The notes beneath the pieces are model-generated. The model was not told where the DNA came from, did not search any database, and saw only the letters and a program-made list of their open reading frames with translations. Source: an uncultured Bacilli bacterium (GTDB taxonomy: Bacteria > Bacillota_I > Bacilli_A > RF39 > UBA660). Taken from it: a stretch of DNA of 64,000 bases. Every line of letters starts with the position of its first letter. Within the stretch, counting starts at the first letter, position 1. Where the stretch lies: the NCBI GenBank assembly GCA_934096985.1, contig CAKONC010000004.1, positions 67,846 to 131,845 on the forward strand. The letters run 5' to 3'. The position numbers and the translations under genes are program-made. Positions 59,679-64,000 of this stretch are shown here, in pieces.

Positions 59679-60572
59679 ATGAAAATCAATTATATTATAA
59701 TATTAATTTTAACAATAATAGCATTTTATTTAATAAGAAGTTTGGATGACAATACTTCTTATTTTTTTGATGATAAAAATGTTCAGAAAATAGTCTTAAA
59801 TAATAACAATAATGAAAAAGAAACAATTGAGTTTAATGAATATTTAATTGGAGTCTTAGCTTGTGAAATGCCAGCATCTTTTGAACTTGAAGCGTTAAAA
59901 GCTCAAGCAATAGCATCACGAACATATGCATATTATTTAATAAATCATAACAAAAATATAACAAATGATACTAGTACTCAATGTATGTTAAATAAATCTC
60001 AAATGAAGGAAAATTGGCAAAATGATTTTGATTTGTATTATAACAAATTGTTAACAGCAGTTATGCAAACAAATAATGTGGTTTTAAAGTACGATAATGA
60101 AATAATACCGGCTTACTATTTTTCAATGAGTAATGGTTATACTGAAGACTCTAAATATGTTTTTAATGAAACTAAAGATTTTTTAAAGCAAGTAGATTCC
60201 CATTATGAAGAAAACAACAAAAATTTTATAAAAGAAACGACATTTAGTAAAGAAAACTTTTGCTCACTATTGCAAATAGATTGCAGTGATATAAATATAA
60301 ATAACATAAATAGATCAAGTAGTAATAGAGTAATCGATTTACTAATTAATGATAAAAAATTTACAGGTGTAGAGATTAGAAAAAAATTAAATTTAAGATC
60401 AACTGATTTTGATATTGAAATAGGTGATGATGTAAAAATTACCACAAGGGGATATGGACACGGAGTGGGAATGAGTCAATATGGTGCAAATTATATGGCA
60501 AAAGAGGGAAAAAGTTATGAAGATATTTTAAAACATTATTACCAAGGAGTAATTATTTCTAGTATAAATTAA
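59679..60572 (+). CDS. spoIID: Stage II sporulation protein D (lytic transglycosylase, SpoIID/LytB domain)
   Basis: ...EALKAQAIASRTYA...YYFSMSNGYTE...GYGHGVGMSQYGANYMAKEGKSYEDILKHYYQG. Confidence 0.85.
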   Translation: MKINYIIILILTIIAFYLIRSLDDNTSYFFDDKNVQKIVLNNNNNEKETIEFNEYLIGVLACEMPASFELEALKAQAIASRTYAYYLINHNKNITNDTSTQCMLNKSQMKENWQNDFDLYYNKLLTAVMQTNNVVLKYDNEIIPAYYFSMSNGYTEDSKYVFNETKDFLKQVDSHYEENNKNFIKETTFSKENFCSLLQIDCSDININNINRSSSNRVIDLLINDKKFTGVEIRKKLNLRSTDFDIEIGDDVKITTRGYGHGVGMSQYGANYMAKEGKSYEDILKHYYQGVIISSIN

Positions 60573-60608
60573 TTTTATTTATCCATAATTTAAGTAGGAG
60601 GATAAATA

Positions 60609-61235
60609 ATGAAAAAAAGAAAACTTAAGCGTTATGTTTTACCAACTATTTATATCTTAATAATTTTGGTAACATTTTTTAGTGTATCAATAATTAATAG
60701 TTATTTACTTAAGGATGTGACAAACTATGATTATTCAAAATCACTAATGAAAGATGTTACACAAAGTGTATTAAGTGAAACAATGCCTGACTATTTTTCT
60801 AAACCATATGTAAGTGAGAAGGTTGAATTAAAATCTGGGTATTATAGCAAAGACTATGATGATGAGAGTCAAAAAAAAGCCTTAATTTCATATCAAAATA
60901 CATATATTCCAAATTTAGGTGCTATTTATGTAAGTTCCGAAGAGTTTGATGTTGTATCTACGTATGATGGAGTAGTTAAAAGCGTAAAAGAAGATGAAAC
61001 CCTTGGATCTATCGTAGAAATAATGCATACAGAAAATTTAACAACATTTTATTATTCTTTAAAAGATGTAACAGTTAAAGAAAACGATAAAATTACAAAG
61101 GGTACTATAATTGGTAAGGCTACTTCAAATAAAATTGTACAAAATCAAAATGCTTTATTATTTGAAGTATATTTACAAGGAAAATCTATTGATCCGGAAA
61201 AATTTTACTCTTTAGATCCAAATGAAGTTAAATAA
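60609..61235 (+). CDS. Membrane-anchored degenerate LytM/M23-domain protein, SpoIIQ-like
   Basis: N-terminal TM segment; ...DGVVKSVKEDETLGSIVEIMHTENLTTFYYSLKDVTVKENDKITKGTIIGKA...ALLFEVYLQGKSIDP has the M23 fold pattern, but the HxH is replaced (LLFEV). Confidence 0.55.
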   Translation: MKKRKLKRYVLPTIYILIILVTFFSVSIINSYLLKDVTNYDYSKSLMKDVTQSVLSETMPDYFSKPYVSEKVELKSGYYSKDYDDESQKKALISYQNTYIPNLGAIYVSSEEFDVVSTYDGVVKSVKEDETLGSIVEIMHTENLTTFYYSLKDVTVKENDKITKGTIIGKATSNKIVQNQNALLFEVYLQGKSIDPEKFYSLDPNEVK

Positions 61236-61812
61236 AAGTATATTATATATATACGATAATGTTTTTTTAGAATTATATAATGATAAGTTTTATAAACAAA
61301 CAATTTCTAAGCAAATTCTAAATAATGGAATTATTTTAAATAAAGAAAAATTTGAAAAAGAATACTATAATTTTCAAAAGAAAAACAAAATAAAAAAAAT
61401 ACTTACAAAAAAGGTAATAATTTATGATAGTACAATTTCCATCAATGATTTAAAGGTATTAAAAGAAAGTTTTTTAGATTTAAATATAAAATGTTTCAAG
61501 TATATAAAGGATATATCGATAATTGAAAGTACTAAAAAATATTCATATATTTTAGGAAATGATAAATTAAAAATACTTTATATAAATGCTTTTAATAGTA
61601 AAAATCAAATCACACTAAATTTTAATGAAATAACAAATAATGAATTTTTAAATATAATAAAAAAATTTAAAAATATAATATTAATTTCTAGCAATCAAAA
61701 ATTAATAAATCTTTTAGAAAAAAAGAATAATGTATTTATTATAAATGATGCTGAAAAATATATAATAAAAAATGCAAAAAAAATTTTGGCTGATGTATTA
61801 TTTAAAGATTAA
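61222..61812 (+). CDS. Hypothetical protein (196 aa, Lys/Asn/Ile-rich, no recognisable motif)
   Basis: ORF overlaps the preceding gene by 14 nt, suggesting translational coupling. No TM segment and no family recognised. Confidence 0.35.
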   Translation: MKLNKSILYIYDNVFLELYNDKFYKQTISKQILNNGIILNKEKFEKEYYNFQKKNKIKKILTKKVIIYDSTISINDLKVLKESFLDLNIKCFKYIKDISIIESTKKYSYILGNDKLKILYINAFNSKNQITLNFNEITNNEFLNIIKKFKNIILISSNQKLINLLEKKNNVFIINDAEKYIIKNAKKILADVLFKD

Positions 61813-61827
61813 ATATTACCCGTTTTT

Positions 61828-61834
61828 TGTCGAA
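61828..61834 (+). promoter_or_regulatory. Candidate Spo0A box (TGTCGAA) upstream of csp
   Basis: Lies in TTTTTGTCGAATTTTGGCA (61824..61842), identical at 18 of 19 positions to the motif upstream of spo0A. Confidence 0.45.
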
Positions 61835-61904
61835 TTTTGGCATACGAAATTAATTGTAAGAGCACTAAACTTATGTTAAATTAAACATGAAGGAAGGTGT
61901 AAAA

Positions 61905-62117
61905 TTGAAAGGAAAAGTAAAGTGGTTTAATAATGAGAAAGGGTATGGATTTATAGAGTGTGAAAATTTATCCGATATATTTGTTCATTATTCAGTAATC
62001 AAGAAAAATGGTTATAAAACTTTAAATGAAGGAGACATGGTAAGTTTTAGATTAATAGAAACTACTAAAGGTTTACAAGCTCAAGATGTCGAAGCCTTAA
62101 ATTTAACTACTGTATAG
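61905..62117 (+). CDS. Cold-shock protein (CspA family), probable TTG start
   Basis: (M)KGKVKWFNNEKGYGFIECENLSDIFVHYSVI... RNP1/RNP2 motifs. GGAAGGTG lies 5 nt before the TTG at 61905. The ORF-track ATG at 61887 has no RBS. Confidence 0.85.
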   Translation: MKGKVKWFNNEKGYGFIECENLSDIFVHYSVIKKNGYKTLNEGDMVSFRLIETTKGLQAQDVEALNLTTV

Positions 62118-62166
62118 TAGTTTTTTTTATTTATTTTTGTTATAATTAACGTAGGGAGATGATAAA

Positions 62167-62697
62167 ATGAAAATTAATATTAGGGGAGACAAAGTAACTG
62201 TTACAAAATCAATTAAAGATTATATTGAGGAAAAAATTGCAAAGCTTGATAAATATTTTAAAAATAGTGATGAAGTTAAATGTAATATTATTATTAGAGT
62301 CAAAAATAATTTACAAACTATTGAAGTTTCTATTCCAATGTCAAAACTTAATATAAGAGCAGAGGAAAGTCATAATGATTTATATGCTGCCACTGATTTA
62401 ATTATAGATAAATTAGAAAGAATGATTAGAAAAAATAAAACAAGATTAAATAATCATTATAAAAATATTCCAACATTTGAGATGAATTTAGATTATGAAG
62501 AAGAAAATGATTTAGATGATTCAAAAATAGTAAAAAGAAAAAATTTAGACATTAAGCCAATGGATGAAGACGAGGCAATAATGCAAATGGAACTACTAAA
62601 TCATGACTTCTTTGCTTTTAAAAATATAAATGAAGAATGTGTATCTGTTATTTATAAAAGAAAAGATGGATTATACGGAATTATTAATGTAAAATAA
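62167..62697 (+). CDS. hpf: Ribosome hibernation promoting factor (long HPF/YvyD)
   Basis: MKINIRGDKVTVTKSIKDYIEEKIAKLDKYF... and C-terminal ...KPMDEDEAIMQMELLNHDFFAFKN.... Confidence 0.9.
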   Translation: MKINIRGDKVTVTKSIKDYIEEKIAKLDKYFKNSDEVKCNIIIRVKNNLQTIEVSIPMSKLNIRAEESHNDLYAATDLIIDKLERMIRKNKTRLNNHYKNIPTFEMNLDYEEENDLDDSKIVKRKNLDIKPMDEDEAIMQMELLNHDFFAFKNINEECVSVIYKRKDGLYGIINVK

Positions 62698-62698
62698 C

Positions 62699-62736
62699 AA
62701 AAAGGTTTAGTCACTTGATTAAACCTTTTATTTTTT
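62699..62736 (+). terminator. Intrinsic terminator after hpf
   Basis: AAAGGTTTAG...TTAAACCTTT stem followed by a T-run. Confidence 0.65.
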
Positions 62737-62762
62737 GATATAATCAATTAGAAGGTGAAAAA

Positions 62763-64000
62763 ATGGGCATATTAAAAAAGCTATTAGATAGTGAATATAA
62801 AGAATTAAAAAGGTTTGATAAATTAGCTGATGAGATATTAGCATTAGACGATGAAATGTCAAATTTAAAAGATGAAGATTTTTCAAAGAAAACAGAAGAA
62901 TTTAAAAAAAGACTTGTAGATGGAGAAACTTTCGATGATATTTTAGTCCCTGCAATGGCTCTTGCACGTGAAGCATGTTTCCGTGCTATCGGAGAAAAAC
63001 CATTTAAAGTACAAGTAATCGGTGCTTTGGCAATTCATTATGGCAATATTGCTGAGATGAAAACAGGAGAAGGAAAAACCCTTACTACAGTATTACCAGC
63101 ATACGTAAATGCACTTACAGGAAAAGGCGTACATGTTGTAACCACTAATGAATATTTGTCTGACAGAAATGCCAACTGGATGAAACCAATATATGATTTA
63201 CTTGGCATTACAGTAGGTGTAAATTTAAGAGAACTTTCTCCAAAAGAAAAACAAGAAGTTTATAATTGTGATATAACATATTCTACTAATAATGAAATTG
63301 GCTTTGACTATTTGCGTGATAACATGGTTGTAAGAAAAGAAGATAGAGTTCAACGCCCATTAAATTATTGCATTATAGACGAAGTTGACTCAATCTTAAT
63401 TGATGAAGCTAGAACACCATTAATTATCAGTGGTGGTCAAGCAAATTCAAGTAATTTATATATAGAAGCAAATAGAGCTGTAAAAAATTTAAAAGAAGAT
63501 GTTGATTATACTTTAGATTTAAAAACAAAGAGTGTTTCTCTTACTGAAGATGGTAGTAAAAAGATAGAGAAATTATTACATATTGGAAATTTATATGATA
63601 TAGATAATGCTAGTTTAGTACACCATTTAAATCAAGCCTTAAAAGCAAATTATGTATTTGCCAAAGATGTTGATTATGTTGTAGCTGATGGCCAAGTTGT
63701 AATTGTAGACCAATTTACTGGTAGACTTATGCATGGAAGACAATATTCTGATGGACTTCATCAAGCTATTGAGGCAAAAGAAGGCGTAACAATTAACGTT
63801 GAAACCAAAACAATGGCTACTATCACATTCCAAAATTTATTTAGAATGTACAATAAACTTTCTGGTATGACCGGAACTGCTAAAACTGAGGAAGAAGAAT
63901 TTAGAAATATTTATAATATGTATGTTATATGTATTCCAACGAATAAGCCTGTTATACGTGAAGATTTACCAGACCTTGTATATGCAACAGAAAAAGGAAA
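62763..64000 (+). CDS. secA: Preprotein translocase ATPase SecA, N-terminal about 412 codons (runs off the window end)
   Basis: [25 protein letters not shown]...[12 protein letters not shown]...[19 protein letters not shown] are SecA DEAD-motor motifs. Open-ended, so absent from the ORF track. Confidence 0.95.
   Translation, partial: MGILKKLLDSEYKELKRFDKLADEILALDDEMSNLKDEDFSKKTEEFKKRLVDGETFDDILVPAMALAREACFRAIGEKPFKVQVIGALAIHYGNIAEMKTGEGKTLTTVLPAYVNALTGKGVHVVTTNEYLSDRNANWMKPIYDLLGITVGVNLRELSPKEKQEVYNCDITYSTNNEIGFDYLRDNMVVRKEDRVQRPLNYCIIDEVDSILIDEARTPLIISGGQANSSNLYIEANRAVKNLKEDVDYTLDLKTKSVSLTEDGSKKIEKLLHIGNLYDIDNASLVHHLNQALKANYVFAKDVDYVVADGQVVIVDQFTGRLMHGRQYSDGLHQAIEAKEGVTINVETKTMATITFQNLFRMYNKLSGMTGTAKTEEEEFRNIYNMYVICIPTNKPVIREDLPDLVYATEKG

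Overview
Origin-of-replication region of a visibly very AT-rich, endospore-forming Firmicute chromosome. It reads with the standard genetic code. Gene order mirrors the B. subtilis oriC-proximal map but is much more compact.

Left arm (1..42098) is almost all minus-strand: the S10/spc ribosomal-protein operon (rplF to rpsJ), a glycolytic cluster gap-pgk-[spo0A]-gpmI, clpP (plus strand), divIC-yabQ-yabP-spoVG-veg-yabG, rsmA, tatD, a T-box leader driving dut-metG, spoVT, mfd, pth, yaaT, holB, bofA, recR, ybaB, dnaX, tadA, a small SRP RNA, then gyrA-gyrB-recF-(comK-like)-dnaN-dnaA.

Right arm (42509..64000) is almost all plus-strand: rpmH-rnpA-yidC-jag, mnmE-mnmG-rsmG, parB, one PBP on the minus strand, argS, rpoE, prfA-prmC, spoIIR, mntP, murA, rpmE, rpiB, spoIID, a spoIIQ-like gene, csp, hpf and secA (cut by the window end).

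The strand switch and the DnaA-box clusters on both sides of dnaA place a bipartite oriC at about 40.6-42.5 kb. I saw no mobile elements, CRISPR arrays, rRNA or tRNA genes.

This is core-genome territory, so the findings are regulatory or architectural oddities rather than a gene island:
1. The Spo0A orthologue has Glu in place of the phospho-acceptor Asp. It sits as a self-contained cassette inside the glycolytic cluster.
2. An extended Spo0A-box-like motif (TTTTTGTCGAATTTTG) recurs in four intergenic regions: upstream of spo0A, upstream of the comK-like gene, in oriC, and upstream of csp.
3. Three perfect palindromic parS sites are packed into one 345-bp intergenic gap about 9 kb from dnaA. 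They are paired with a lone ParB that has no ParA and a divergent C-terminus.
4. The SRP RNA is a 4.5S-type molecule of about 80 nt without an Alu domain, in a genome that carries sporulation genes.
5. A ComK-family gene is inserted between dnaN and recF.
6. A T-box leader sits in front of a dUTPase gene that precedes metG.

All calls come from reading the translations and sequence by eye. No searches were run.
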